From NCBI RefSeq assembly GCF_004010195.1, contig NC_057719.1, positions 86,701,446 through 86,765,445 on the forward strand: 64,000 bases of DNA. The letters run 5' to 3'. Position numbers and translations under genes: made by a program. This document shows positions 12,227 through 25,660 of this stretch, in pieces. The DNA is from Chiloscyllium plagiosum (Eukaryota). The notes under the pieces were generated by a model. That model was not told the DNA's origin and did no database searches. It saw nothing but the letters and a program-made list of their open reading frames with translations. Each line of letters opens with the position of its first letter. Position 1 is the stretch's first letter.

Positions 12227-13493
12227 GCATTCAAAGACCAGCTACATCCAATCAGTGGGTTAGTTAGTTAGTTAGTCATTCATTCCATCTCTATTAAAAT
12301 TGGGTGAATTCCATTCCTATTTCGATTTTTTAAAAATTACATTTAACCTCTCGTGCAACCCTAACCCACTTGTCCTTTTGGAATTTAAATTTTAACTTGA
12401 TGATTCTACTCAAATATAAATATACACCTACATCCAGGAAGCCTCTGATGCAGAATTTCATGAATTTTTTCCACTTTTCAAAGGGATCTAGCCACTTGGG
12501 ACACAATCACACATTGTGTGGAATGCACTGAATTTAAATGCAGATTTATGCCTCAACCAGTATTAACATTCAAACGTCACACCACTGACTGCATTGACAT
12601 ACCAGCTCAGAAAAGGATGAAAAGTCAACAGTGCATTGGAAGTCCTAAAGGAGAGAGACAGCATCATTATAAGATGGTGCCCAAAAGGGGACAAAGAGCA
12701 TAACCTGGACCATAATAAACAATTTTAAATTATAAATAGAAATGGTTTTAATCAGGGCTCATTTTGAGTTGGAATTGTACTTTACATGCCTACAGACAAT
12801 GAGCCATGGCAACAACCAATCTTAGGAATACAGATATTAAGCATAGAATTTTTGCTACCTTCACCTTTCCCATCAGCCACCAGTATACAACATCAAACAT
12901 GCCAGAAGCCTTCATTTGCCACATGAAAGTGGAAATTATTTTCACACAAGCATATAAGAAGAAAGGAAGAGGTCGTTCAGTTGTGCAGGCCATCCTGGCT
13001 AGGCTCAGTGACAGGTTCAATAAACATGCACATAGGGGCCTCTAAATTGTGATCACAAACGAAAGGCTCTCCCTCAGCAAAGATGCAGCCAACTAAGATC
13101 GGTTCATTTGGACCATCAATTAAACTTTTCCTATGCAACTCAATAGTATACTTTGGATTCTGATTTTAACAGTTGCTGCCAACCCTATTCAAAAGTAGCT
13201 ATTCAAAAACCTGAAAGAAAATACTGTGATTTCATTAACTGTTTAATTTTAGACCATAAGACATAAGAGCAAAAGTCAGCCATTTGACCAACTGAATTAA
13301 ATGACACTCAATAAGATCACAGCTCATCTGATAATCCTCAACTCCATTTTCCTACCTTTTCCCAAAATAACTTGATTCCCTTACCAATTAAAACATTGTC
13401 CAATTCAGCCCTAAATATAATTAATGACACAGCCTGACCAGTTCTCAGTGTAAAGAATTCCACAGATTCACTACCTTCTGAAAAATATTCCTC

Positions 13494-13524
<31 letters not shown>

Positions 13525-13929
13525 GGGCAACCATTTAAGATGACAATTAAGGTTAAGAGTCTAGGAGCAGAGAGACTCTCCCACAAAGGGGAGAACCCTC
13601 TCCACATCTACTCTGTCAAGCTACCTAAGAATCTGATATGTTTCAATAAAAGGTTTTTTCTCATTCCTCTATACTCCAACCTTGCCTCATAGGAAAATCC
13701 ATCCATACCAGTCAATCAAGCGAACATTTTTTGGACTGCCTCCAATGCCAATATTAGAGAACCAAAAAAAATCCTCATCTCTACCTTAGATATACAACTC
13801 CTTATTTTTAAACTGGTGACTCTTAGTTATAGATTCACCCACACGAGGAAACATCTTTTCTACATCCACCCAGTGAAGTTTCCTTAAGATCTTGTGTGAT
13901 TCAATCAAGCTGCTTCTTACTCTTCTAAA

Positions 13930-15330
13930 TAGAGTCATACAGCATAGAAACAGGCCTTCTAGTCCAACTCGTCCATGTTGACCGAGTAGCCCAAAATAAA
14001 CAAGGCCCACTTGCCCGCATTTGGCCCATATCCCTCTAAACCGTTCCTATCATGTGCCTGTCCAAAGATGTTTTGAATGTCATAACCATACCTGCATTCA
14101 CCACGTCCTCTGGCAGTGCATCCCATAAATGAACCATCCTCTATGTGAAAAGGTTACCCCTTGGATCCCTTTTAAATCTTCTCTCATCTTAAAAGTATGC
14201 TGCCTAATTTTGAACCCCACCTGATGGAAAAGGCTTTTGCTATTCACCTTATCCATGCCCCTCATGATTTTATAAACTTCTATAATGTCACACCTCAACC
14301 TCCTACACTCTAACGAAACAAGTCCCAGCCCATCCGCTTCTCCTTATAACTCAAATCCTGCAATCCCAGCAACATCCTGGTAAATCTTTTCAGAAACCCT
14401 CTCCAATTTAAAAATATCCTTCCTATAGCAGAGTGACAAGACCTGCAAACAGTACTCAAAAGTGGCCTCACCAATGTCCTGTACAACCTCAACATGACAT
14501 TCCAACTCCTATACTCAACGGTCTGAGCAACGAAGAGAAGTGTGCTAAACGCCTTCTTAACTACATTGTCTATCTGTGATGCAAATTTCAAAGAACTATG
14601 TACCTGAACCCCGAGGTCTCTTTGTTTGACAACACTACTCAGGGCCTACTATTAACTGTAGAAATGTCCTGTCTTGGTTAGTTTTACAATATCTTGCATT
14701 GTACCAAATTAAATTTCATCTGCACTCCTCAGCCCATTGGCCCAATTAATCAAGATCATTTGTAATTTTAAATCAATCTTTTCACTGGTGGCTATGTGAC
14801 CAATTTTGGTGTCATCCGCAAACTTACTAACCATGCTTCCTAAGTTCTCATCCAAGTCATTTATATAAATGACAAACAACAGCGGACCCAGCACCGAGCC
14901 CTGTGGATCATCACTGGTTACAGGTCTCCAGTCCAAATAACATCTTCTACCACATCGTACCATCAAGTCAATTTTATATCCAATTGGCAAGCTCTCCCTG
15001 AAACCTATGTGATATAACTTTATTAATTAGTCTACCAGGCGGAACCTTGCTAAACGCTTTATTAAAATATGTGCAATCCACGTCTACCACTCTGCTCTCA
15101 TCAAGTTCTTTGGTTACTTCCTCAAGTAACTCAATTAATTTTGTGAGATACAATTTCTCATACACAAAACCATGCCAGCTAGCCCTTATCAGTCCTTGCC
15201 TCTCCAAATACATGTAAACCCTATCTCTCAAAACCCCCTCCACCAACTTACCACCGATGTCAGACTGACCGATCTATATTTCCCAAGCTTCTCGTGACAG
15301 CCTTTCTTAAATAAATGCACAACATTAGCC
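13930..15330 (-). mobile_element. CR1 LINE RT fragment, with further decayed CR1 pieces at about 13255-13930 and 15430-15930
   Basis: [36 protein letters not shown] in frameshifted ORFs. Confidence 0.9.
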
Positions 15331-16367
15331 ACCCCCCCACCGTCTGCCAGCACCCCGAGACTGTCTAATATTTCTTCAAAAGTCATTCCAGGTGTTAGTC
15401 CAACAAATCTTTGAATTGCTCCAAACCAGAAGTAAGGAAACCAATATTGTACATCGCACTCCAGCTATGATCTCATTAATGACCTGTGGAACTGAAGCAT
15501 TACCTCTCTAACATTTGTATTCAATTCCCCTAATAGTTTACATAATTACTTGCTGTACCTGCTGCAATTTATGCACTAGGGCACCCAAACCCCTCCACAT
15601 CTCAGAGCTCTGCAATCATTCACCATTTGGAGATGCTTTTATTCTTCAGTCAAATTTCACATTTTCTCATAATTTACTCTATTAGCCTGCTCTATGCCGA
15701 CTCACTCAACCTAGCAATATCCCTCTATAGCAACATTATGTTTTCTTCACAACTTAATTTCCTATCTATCTTATAATCATCAGCTAATTTAGCAACCATA
15801 CCTCAGTCTCTTTACTATTTATATGAATGACTTGGATGAAAAGTTGAGGCCCCAGCACTGATGTGCCCACTTTGGCACATCACTTGTTACAGCTTGCTAT
15901 CCAGGAAATGACTCATTTATGCCTGCTCTGGCAATAAACAGAACCCAATGACTTTCTGCTGCTCTGCCCAGGCATTCAAACCAAGTACCAAAGGCACTGA
16001 ATCAATTGTAGGACTGAATCTCCAGTCCTAGCTTGTATATGACTGATAATTTCAATAGGTATAACAATGGGAAAAGGTACCGAGTGCAACAGTGTGAAGA
16101 AAGCCGAATATCAGTTGGTAGCCAGGAAAACAGGGAGTTTTAGATTCTCAATAGACTATTGAGCGCTCCTTCATGCCATCAGATTCAGTTTATTCCTGAA
16201 CAATGTCTTTAGATATCATAATCCACAAAGAGTTCCAGAGAATAACCGAAAAGCTGTACAAGAGAATCAAAGCAATGTAATGGCTGTAACCTACACCTTT
16301 TTACTCAGGTAGAGACTTCCAAATTGAGCCAAGCTGCTTATTTGCAAGTAATATACTGATTACTCAC

Positions 16368-16440
16368 CGCAGGGTTGTTGTTGATGTTGCCACTGCCATT
16401 CTCAAAGACAATGTCACTGTCTGAATAAATGTCAGCTGGT
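16368..16440 (-). CDS. EIF2AK4: GCN2 exon 13 (kinase insert): PADIYSDSDIVFENGSGNINNNPA
   Basis: tttctacag|A CCA...GCG|gtgagt; 73 nt; resembles human PASDSESDIIFDN. Confidence 0.92.
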
Positions 16441-16550
16441 CTGTAGAAACAGAATACATTTGATATAAAATTCTGTGCAATGTTGGTCTTAACAATTAAG
16501 AAGCTGAAATGCGAACTTAAAATTGACCAACTATCTCCTTCCCCACCAAT

Positions 16551-16863
16551 GGGCAGCATGGTTATCAATGCATCCTCACAGCGATAGGGTCCCAGGTTCA
16601 ATTCCAGTTTTGGGTGACTGTGTGAGTTTGCACATTCGCCCCATGCGTGCGTGGGTTTCCTCCCACAATCCAAAGATGTGCATGTTAGGTGAATTGGCAA
16701 TGCTAAATTGTCCATGTGTTCAGGGATGCATAGGTTAGGTGCACTAGTCAGAGGTAAAACAGGATATTACAGTGGGGAATTGGTCTGGCTGGGTTACTCT
16801 TCGGAGGGTCAGTGTGGACTTGTTGGGTGGAAGGGCCTGTTTCCATACTGTAGGGATTCTATT
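16551..16863 (+). mobile_element. tRNA-derived SINE (HE1-like)
   Basis: Homologous to 7926-8256; B-box GGTTCAATTCC. Confidence 0.85.
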
Positions 16864-18254
16864 CCATAAAGAAGCCCAAAACTTTCATGAGTTTAATCAT
16901 AACAATATCTTCAAAGCAGTTTACCAATTACAATTTCAAAATTCCAAGTACATGTATTGCTGTACTGTGCCAAATCAAGCAGTTTCTTGTCATTGTACTT
17001 CTTTTATTACAGCCTTATTTCTTTTTATTAAGTAGTTCAAAGCAAAGGTTAGAATGTGGAATTCTATCTGCTGTGTTGACTTGATGGGTACATGACCCAG
17101 CAGATAAAGTACACAGCTGTGCAGGGGGAAGTCACTGTGTACACACACAGTGGTTAACAGCAGCCATAGGGACAATGAAGTGCTGCATGCCCTGCAAGTC
17201 TGCTCTACCATTCAATAAGATCATGGTAATAAATGCTGCCTAGCCAGTGACCCCCTTACCCCGTGAATTAGTAGAAAAGAAAGGTGATCCAAAGACATCA
17301 TGACTTGTTTACATGGACTTGCAATATATAAAGTTAAAGGCATAGGGCGTTGAACACCTTAAATCCAAAGGTCAGGATTAAGCAAAGAATAAAATATTTC
17401 TGCTTATATGGTTAGAAATTCTGTTTGTTAGATCCATGTTCACAATTCTTTTGAATTTCTTAAGTGTCAGCAGTGTTGTTTTCAAAAGTCTAAGTCACGA
17501 ATGTTAAATAGAACCAAAGTTATTTAAAATCAGATGGAACAACTTCAAAAGGATATTTAAAATCAGGCAAATTATAAACCAGTTGTCCAATCTGATCCTA
17601 TCAACTGGAATTTTTAGGTAAAGATTACCCTAATCAGAAATAAAACCCCAAATCTTGGATTGTATTGGCCGAGTCTACACTAATGCTTGTTCTGAATGTG
17701 ATCAGTTTGAGAATCTCAGATGAAACGTTAACCTTCAACACCAAATGACTAGCTTTGCCCTTCCAGCACTACATTTAAGAGTGTTACATTGTACAATGTG
17801 GCACAGAGCGCCACCAACACACTGATATGGGTACACTGTTTCATCTAGACTGCACAAAATGTGAGCAAAAGTTAATGCAACATTCTACATTTATGCCATC
17901 TGAATTTCTGCTGGTCAGACTAGTGTTACTGTTTCTCATCACATCAAATGTTATATTTAAATCATAAAATAGGAGCAGTGGAATAAGCACTCATCATAGT
18001 TAATCCCATGCCACTTGTGCAATTTATGTTCAATGTAAATATTGTTCCATTACTGTTACCCCATAGACTAGATGTTGCACACATCCCAGAGATAGACACT
18101 AATGGTCATGAATTTAATGGTCCAGCATTCATTGACCATTTGTATGCTGATTGCCAAAATAGATCATAGTAATACATTCATTTAGTTTCATCTTAAAATG
18201 TCTGTCTTTCAACTATTCACTCTTCAAGGTTTGTGTAAAATTTGTAGCTCAGGT

Positions 18255-18500
18255 GCCAGTCGTCGTGGTTGTGGATATGTTTGTCAAGCTGACAAGTTGA
18301 TTTGCAGACGTTTCGTCCCCTGTCTAGATGACATCTTCAGTGCTTTGGAGCCTCCTGTGAAGCGCTTCTGTACTGCATCTTCTGGAATTTATTTGGTCCT
18401 GTTCCTGCTACTTCCTTTGTTCGTTATAGTGACAGGTAAATTGGATCTAGGTCAATGTGCTTGTTGATGGAATCCATGGATAAGTGCCATGCTTCTAGTG
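18255..18500 (-). mobile_element. Penelope-like 3' fragment (GIY-YIG C-terminus plus terminal repeat)
   Basis: LEAWHLSMDSINKHIDLDPIY followed by a hammerhead motif. Confidence 0.7.
18304..18343 (-). ncRNA. Minimal type-I hammerhead ribozyme motif (Penelope-associated)
   Basis: Minus strand: gca CTGAAGA T GTCATCT AGAC AGGGGAC GAAA CG TC|tgc. Intact core, 3-bp stem I, stem II with one mismatch. Confidence 0.6.
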
Positions 18501-18609
18501 TCATACCCACAGCCACTACACATTTTACTCTCCTCAGCATCCACAATGGCTTCTCCATTAACATGATGCCATTTGTACTTTCGCAAAATAGAATAAATGA
18601 TGTGTGAAA

Positions 18610-19070
18610 CAGAGTCATACACCACAGACACAGACCCTTCAGTCCAACCAGTCCATACTGACCATAGTCCCAAAACTAAACGAGTCAAACCTGTCTGTGC
18701 TTGGCCTTATCCCACCAAATATTTCTTAATTCATGTACGTATCCAAATGTCTTTGAAAAGTTGCAACTGTACCTGTATCCACCACTTGCTCTGGGAGTTC
18801 ATTCCACACCCTCTGTGTAAAAAAAATGCCCCTTGTGCTTTTTTTAAAAAAATCTTTCTCCCCCTCACCTTAAATATGCTCCCTAGTCTTGAAATACCAC
18901 ACCCTCAGGAAAAGACACCTGTCAATCACTTTCTCTATACCCCTCATGATTCTATAAACCTCTTAGGGTCACATTTTAACCTCCTACATCTCAGTGAAAA
19001 AAAGCCCCAGCCTCTCCCCCAAGACTCAAACCTTCCATTTCCAGCAACATCTTGGTATATCTCTTCTGAA
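18610..19070 (-). mobile_element. CR1 LINE 3' fragment
   Basis: Tail agagtcata...cagacccttcagtccaacc shared with other CR1 ends. Confidence 0.75.
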
Positions 19071-19491
19071 TCCTCACATTACTGCGGGTTTGGCTTCACA
19101 CGGAAGCCAGACCAGGTAAGAAGGGCAGATTTTCTTCCTTGAAGGACTTTAGTGAACCAGATATGGGGATTGTACAATTAACAACGATAGCTAGTTTTAG
19201 TAATGAAAGCTATCAATTTCAGACTTATTAACTGAATTTAAATTCCACTAGCTGCTGTGCTAGAATCTGAACCCAGGTCCCAAGAATATTAGCCTGGGGT
19301 CTTTTGATGACTAGACCAGTGACAATATTGCAATGCTATTCTCTACCCAGCACCTTCTGTGCTCAAATTGCAATTTGGGATTTGGGGTGTGGGGTGGGTG
19401 GGGGGTCTGATTTACAAATGGTTGTAAGAGTGGGAATGGACAGATCCTTCACATGGAAGCAGAATCAAATTCTCTCTCTCTCCCTTTCCAG

Positions 19492-19656
19492 GTGGAATGG
19501 CTTCATTCCAAGTCTTCCTTAACAATGTTGAACAAGGAAAACATTTACTTCTGTCCCGCCTGTGAGGACTACAAGAACACAAAGACCAGCTCCAAACTTG
19601 TGCTCAAAGCCCAGATCATTTACGACAAGTTTGTCAAGGGCTAGCCCCAAAAGGAG
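19492..19656 (+). pseudogene. Isolated decayed RGS-domain exon (R4/RGS4-5-16-like), antisense within GCN2 intron 12
   Basis: Strong acceptor (tctctctctctccctttccag). Translates GMASFQVFLN, frameshift, LNKENIYFCPACEDYKNTKTSSKLVLKAQIIYDKFVKG*..KE, matching RGS GLxxFxxFLKSEFSEENIxFWxACEDYK...KAxxIYxEF..APKE. Confidence 0.8.
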
Positions 19657-19954
19657 GCAGGTTTACCTTTCTTCTCTTTTGAAGATTGTCTAATGCGTAT
19701 TTTTTCTTTCATCATCAGTCCGCCATTGACTGAATCGGGGCAACAGGGCAGGAGGTTGTCAGAGTGGTCAGTGGGCACTGGAGGTGATGGGCAGCTGGAG
19801 TAGAGGGGGAGTCAAGGGGTTTGGAGGAAGCTAGATGGGGTGGACAATGGGAGGTGAGACAAATTGAGGAACATGGTTAGACCTGTACCTCAATTGAAGG
19901 TATCATCCTCTGATTGAAATCCTGCATGGTTCCAAGTTCCCTATATCTCTGCCA

Positions 19955-20570
19955 GAGAGAGATCTGGGTGTCCAAGTACATGAATCACATGAAAAAATTA
20001 GTATGTAGGAACAGCAACTGGACAGGCAGGCAAATGGAATGTTGGTATTTATTGCAAGGAGAATAGAACACAGATGTAGGCAAGTGTTGCTGAAGCTATT
20101 CAGGGCTTTACTGAATCCACATTAGGCTTCCTTACTAAAGGAAGGAAACAACTGCAATTGAAGCAGTTCAGAGAAGGTTCACTCAACAGATGAAAGGGTT
20201 ATCTTACAAGGTTAAGCAAGTTGGGCTGATATTCAAAAAAAGTTAGAAAAATGAAGGATGTTTTTATTGAAACATAAAATCCTGAGTAGATTTGAGAGGG
20301 TGGATGCTGAGCATGCTTTTGTAGAGGGACTCCAGAGTTTACAAATTCGGGATCGCCCATGTAAGACTGAGGCAAAAGATTAACTTTTCTCAGATGATCA
20401 TTAATCTTGGTCATTTTCTTCCCTAATTGGCAGTAGAGACTGAATTATGGAATATATTCAAAGTTCAGTAAGACAGATTCTTATGCATTGTCACTGGGTC
20501 TTCTTTTTTTTGGGGGGGGGGGGGGCAGAAAGAGTGCATAGACATGAAAACGGAGCTGACACCACAATCA
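19955..20570 (+). mobile_element. Decayed CR1 LINE
   Basis: gagagatctgggtgtccaagtacatgaatc; gcagttcagagaaggttcact. Confidence 0.65.
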
Positions 20571-22560
20571 GATCAGTCACACATCTGGCGATAACCACTT
20601 GTTTACTGGAGATCACTTGCCTCAGTTTATGACAGTCAGGTTCCAGTTTTTATGTTAGATAATTTTTGGGGCAACTGGGGAGAAACCTACTAAAGTAGAA
20701 ATGGTTCCCAGCTCAACTCTATGGTTTCTGAAAATGAATCCTTTTGTGGAATCTGGAGTGCTGGTCTCGGTACTGCCATGTGAGAAGCCCCTGAAAGAGT
20801 TCGTCATTATTTCCTCATTGACTGCATCTACAAATATTCACAGTTACACCACATGCACCTGTGCACCAGCATGTCACACCAACAGCCATGGTGACCATTT
20901 CAAGAACCAAGACTTATTGGCTAAATGTGTTATTTTTTTAAAACAGCGAATCTTTGTAGAAAGAAATCTGATTATATTTTCTTTTATCAGATATATGCAT
21001 GTGTTGGAAAATCGAGGGAATAAACACTGAAACTTTCATTTTACAAACAGTATGCTGGCCTGTTTTGCATCTTCATTAAAGTTTTATTTCACAATAAAAT
21101 GAATAATTTTCTGCTGTTTAAAGAAACCTAGATGATGGATTTTTTTAATCCTAGTCTAATACAGAGAAAGCATAAGATTTGCCATATCGGAAACAGTGTA
21201 AAATAGTAAAATTTACGTTACGATCCGTGGAGTAATGGGACCAAAGACAGACAAAGCACACCTCCCATCTCAGGCATAACGTCACATTATGCTGCATCTG
21301 CCACCTTGTTGACCATTAATTTCACCTATCTGTATCTCTTTGCGGCCTCTTTGTATCCTCCACACTGGTTTCCGCAAGCAGCTTTCCATCACATAGAAAT
21401 GGAACACAAATCTAGACTGATGCCAGGTTTAGTCCCTACCTGATCTTGATCAGAGGCAAGAAAGGACAGACCTTTGTTTCAATGTACCATCCAAAACAAT
21501 GCCCAAATTGAAAGAACAGTCCAAGCAGGAGAAGCAGCTAATGCACTTCATTTGTAAACATGGTAACTTCAGCAAGCAGACACTAGGGGATCCCTAACTT
21601 TCATTATTTCTGACCTGCCAGTGTTCTATGAGCTTAAACAAGTTAAGCGTTGCTACCTGTTAAATGAAAGGAAGGTGATGCATACTACAATCTGCTTGGT
21701 ATGGAGATTATCCTTTCCATAGTAAAAACCCAGCCTCTCTCAGTCCATTTTATTTCTTTGGTCAGACAGCTAGAGCTCTTGTAGTTAGTGTTCCACTCTT
21801 CCATCCTCCATGAGGTTAAGCACATCCTTATTTTTAAATCCTTTCAGAATCTTGTTCATCCCTACATTTGTAATCTCATCCAGTCTTACAACCCTCCTCA
21901 AACACCATCTTTTCTCCAGTTCCTCCCTCTTTGCATGCCACTTTCTTTTGATCCTCTATTGGCAGTCAGGCATCTATGCCAAAGCTCTGGGGTTCCCTCC
22001 CTAAACTTAATATTTTTTCAACCTTGTCTTTAAGATGTTCCTTAAAATCCAACTCAAGTTTTTGGTCCCACGTCCCAATGTTTACTATGGTGCGATTCTG
22101 AGCAATGCAAATACTTAAGATAATTAATTGAGAGCATAACTTTATGCCTTGTTCTTCCTTTTATAAAAATCGCCCAGTCAATGCTCTTGCTCTATACTCA
22201 GTGACGCCTACAGGACAGTATGCACATGCATTGCAAGCAAAGATATCATTAGCCTCAGCTGAAAAGTTTCAGCTAAAATGGTCCTCAGCACTCATTATCC
22301 AGATTCATCTGGGTGAAATATTGGAGGGCTGCAGTTATCTGTTTATCCAAATACAGCATCAGTCAACATCTTCAGGACAGGAAAGAAACTATCCTGAGGA
22401 GAACACAACAATGGAACAGTAGACTGGTCCTGAATCTCCACTGAATCTCTGGGCTTGCACTACATTTGCTATTTGAAATAGCTTGCAAATAGTACCCCAA
22501 ACCAAAAAGCCAATTAGGTCCAAATGTATTAGCTATCACGGAAATCTGGTTCATACTTAC

Positions 22561-22964
22561 AAAAATGATGCGCAGAATACATCCTCTTCATCATCATCCT
22601 CATCACTCGACTCTCTCTCAGTGCATTTAACGCTCGATGATCTGTCACATGATGTGCTCCATTCCACGGAACTGGTCGTGACAGGGGGTGGGGCATTCTT
22701 TTCAATGTCATCAGACATCATTAGCTTTTTTTGATAATCCGCCTCAGGTTGGGGTGGAGTCTCTGGCATGTTTTCGGAGGATGGGCTTGAGGCAGGCTGA
22801 ATTTCATGTTTCTCAATCCAAGCATTGTAGTACCTTACAATGTTTTCATGGTTCAGGCGTGATAGCAATGTCACCTCACCCTTTATTCTACGGAAATGTT
22901 TACTGGAAGGATTCACCAGGATGCGTTTAACAGCATAATAGCAGCCATCTAATTTATTCTTCAC
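22561..22964 (-). CDS. EIF2AK4: GCN2 exon 12 (kinase N-lobe plus insert): VKNKLDGCYYAVKRI...EDDDEEDVFCASF
   Basis: tttcag|GTG...TTT TT|gtaagt; 404 nt; YAVK lysine, alphaC Glu (GEV), HENIVRYYNAW. Confidence 0.97.
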
Positions 22965-23489
22965 CTGAAATCAAGCAAGTGCTGAATTTAAATATCTATT
23001 TAAGGGCATAAGAATGCATGATATTGAAGACGACAATAAAGAACAGTTTGTTTTTAAGACAACCATATAAAATGGTCAAAGCAAATATCTATCCAGGGGA
23101 TAGGAGAGAATATAATTTATCAAGCCCTCAGAATTTTGCAGGAGATGAACATTTGCAAACGCTTAGGAACCATCACATGTCTATAGGGACATTGTGATTC
23201 ATGTCAAATAGTATATCAAAATAATGGATTAGTACCGTACATACTCATGTAAAAATCAAACCTTTTAGACCATTTTTAAGGTTAAATTTATGGAGTTGAC
23301 GATGACATAGATACCACCGTTGAAGGGCTCAAATTCATGCTACAGTCCAAAATACCGTATCATTAGCAAAAGCTCAATTGATCTCGAAATGAATAAAGAA
23401 AAAAACTCAATGAATTACAGTAATTTCATATGATAACTTATAGCACTCCTCTTGCCGATTTCTGATTACAAACTGGTGAAACTAATATT

Positions 23490-24880
23490 ATTTGGATCAA
23501 AGGAGCTCAAAAATGGACTGAGGAGAGCCAGGAGGGCACACATTAAAAAGGCTGGGTAGGAAGGATTAGGGAGAACCTAAATGCATTTTACTCATACGTG
23601 AGGAATAAGAGAATGATCAGGGAGAAGGTAGGGCCAGTCAGGGATAGCGTACAGAATTTGTGCGCAGAGTCTGGGCAGATAGGGGAAGCCCTTAATGAGT
23701 TTTTGCTTTGGTTTTTACAAAGGAAAGGGACCTTGTTGTGAATAAGAATTTTGAGGAGCTAGGAAACAGGCTTGAACAGATCGAGATTGAGGAAGTTGAT
23801 GTGCTGGAAATTTTGGCAAACATTAAGATTGATAAGTCCCCAGGGCCAAACCAGATTTATCTTCGGTTGCTCTGGGAAGCGAGAAAGAAGGTTGTTAAGC
23901 CGCTGGTGAAAATCTTGCTTCTTCACGTTCCACGGGAATCGTACCGGAGGATTGGAGAGAGGCGAATAGAACATAGAACATAGAACATAGAAGAATACAG
24001 CGCAGTACAGGCCCTTGGGCCCTTGATGTTGCGCCGATCCAAGCCCACCTAAACTACACTAACCCACTATCCTCCATATACCTATCCAATGCCCTCTTAA
24101 ATGCCCATAAAGAGGGAGAGTCCACCACTGTTACTGGCAGGGCATTCCATGAACTAACGACTCGCTGAGTGAAGAACCTACCCCTAACATCAGTCCTATA
24201 TCTACCCCCCCTTAATTTAAAGCTATGCCCCCTTGTAATACCCGACTCAATACGCGGGAAAAGGTTCATACTGTCGACCCTATCTAACCCCCTAATCATC
24301 TTGTACACCTCAATCAAGTCACCCCTAAACCTTCTTTTCTCTAGTTGTTCCTCTTTTCAAGAAGGGTAATAGAGAAACCCCTGGCAATTACAGACCAGTT
24401 AGTCTTACGTCTGTGGTCAGTAAGGTTTTGGAAACAATTCTGAGGGAAAGGATTTATGATTATTTGGAAAAGCATAGCGTGATTAAAGCAGTCAGCATGG
24501 CTGTGTGAGGGGCAGGTCATGCCTCACAAATCTTTTTGAGTTCTTCGAGATGGTGACAAGACAGGTTGACAAAGGTCAGGCAGTGGATGTGCTGTTTTTG
24601 GACTTCAGCAAGGCATTTGATAAGGATCCCCATGGTAGGCTCATTCACAAAGTCAGGAGGTATGGGATACTGAGAGATTTGTCTCTCTGGATTCAGAGAG
24701 ACTGACAGAAGGCAGAGTGTGGTTGTAGATGGAAAGTATTCTGCATGGAAGTTAGTGGTGAGTGGTGTCCCAGAGGGCTCTGTTCTTGGGCCTCTGCTCT
24801 TTGTAGTTTTTATAAATGACTTGGTTGGATGAGTAAATTTACCAATGACACAAAGGTTGACCGTATCGAGGGCTGTTGCA
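23490..24880 (+). mobile_element. CR1 LINE ORF2 fragment interrupted by an antisense CR1 3' end
   Basis: KSPGPNQIY, GNYRPVSLT, SCLTNL, DFSKAFDK. Confidence 0.9.
23966..24343 (-). mobile_element. Young 5'-truncated CR1 3' end with (TTCTATG)n tail
   Basis: Uninterrupted ORF end LIEVYKMIRGLDRVD...FFTQRVVSSWNALP; atagaac repeats at 23966-23990. Confidence 0.9.
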
Positions 24881-25660
24881 GGCAGAGGGTGGTGGTGGAG
24901 GGTTGTTTTTCAGACCAGAGGCCTGCGACCAGTGGAGTGCCACAAGGATCGGTGCTGGGTCCACTACTTTTTGTCATTTACATAAATGGTTTGGATATGA
25001 ACATAGGAGGTTTAGTTAGTAAGTTTGCAGATGACACTAAAATTGGAGGTGCAGTGGACAGCAAAGAAGGTTACCTCAGATTACAACGGGATCTTGATCA
25101 GATGGGCCAATGGGCTGAGAAGTGGCAGATGGAGTTTAATTTAGGTAAATGCGAGGTACAGCATTTTGGGAAAGCAAATCTTAGCAGGACTTATACACTT
25201 AATGGTAAGGTCCAAGGGAGCGTTGCTGAACAAAGAGACCTTGGAGTGCAGGTTCATAGCTCCTCGAAAATGGAGTCGCAGGTAGATAGGATAGTGAAGA
25301 AGGCATTTGGTATGCTTTCCTTTATTGGTCAGAGTATTGAGTACAGGAGTTGGGAGGTCATGTTGTGGCTCTACAGGACATTGGNNNNNNNNNNNNNNNN
25401 NNNNNNNNNNNNNNNNNNNNNNNNNNNNNNNNNNNNNNNNNACGCAGAGGCTGGTACGTGTATGGAATGAGCTGCCAGAGGAAGTGGTGGAGGCTGGTAC
25501 AATTGCATCATTTAAAAGGCATCTGGATGGGTATATGAATAGGAGGGGTTTGGAGGGATATGGGCCAGGTGGGACTAGATTGGGTTGGAATACCTGGTCG
25601 GCATGGACGAGTTGGACCGAAGGGTCTGTTTCCGTGCTCTACATCTCTATGACAATGACT
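24881..25660 (+). mobile_element. Young CR1 LINE RT 3' fragment spanning an assembly gap
   Basis: Open frame [11 protein letters not shown]...KFADDTK...WQMEFN. Confidence 0.92.
25385..25441. other. Assembly gap (57 N)
   Basis: N run. Confidence 1.

Noticed and set aside
23232..23460. TA|CCGTACATACTC start resembling a Tc2/pogo-type TIR
   Set aside because: No matching opposite TIR could be identified with confidence.
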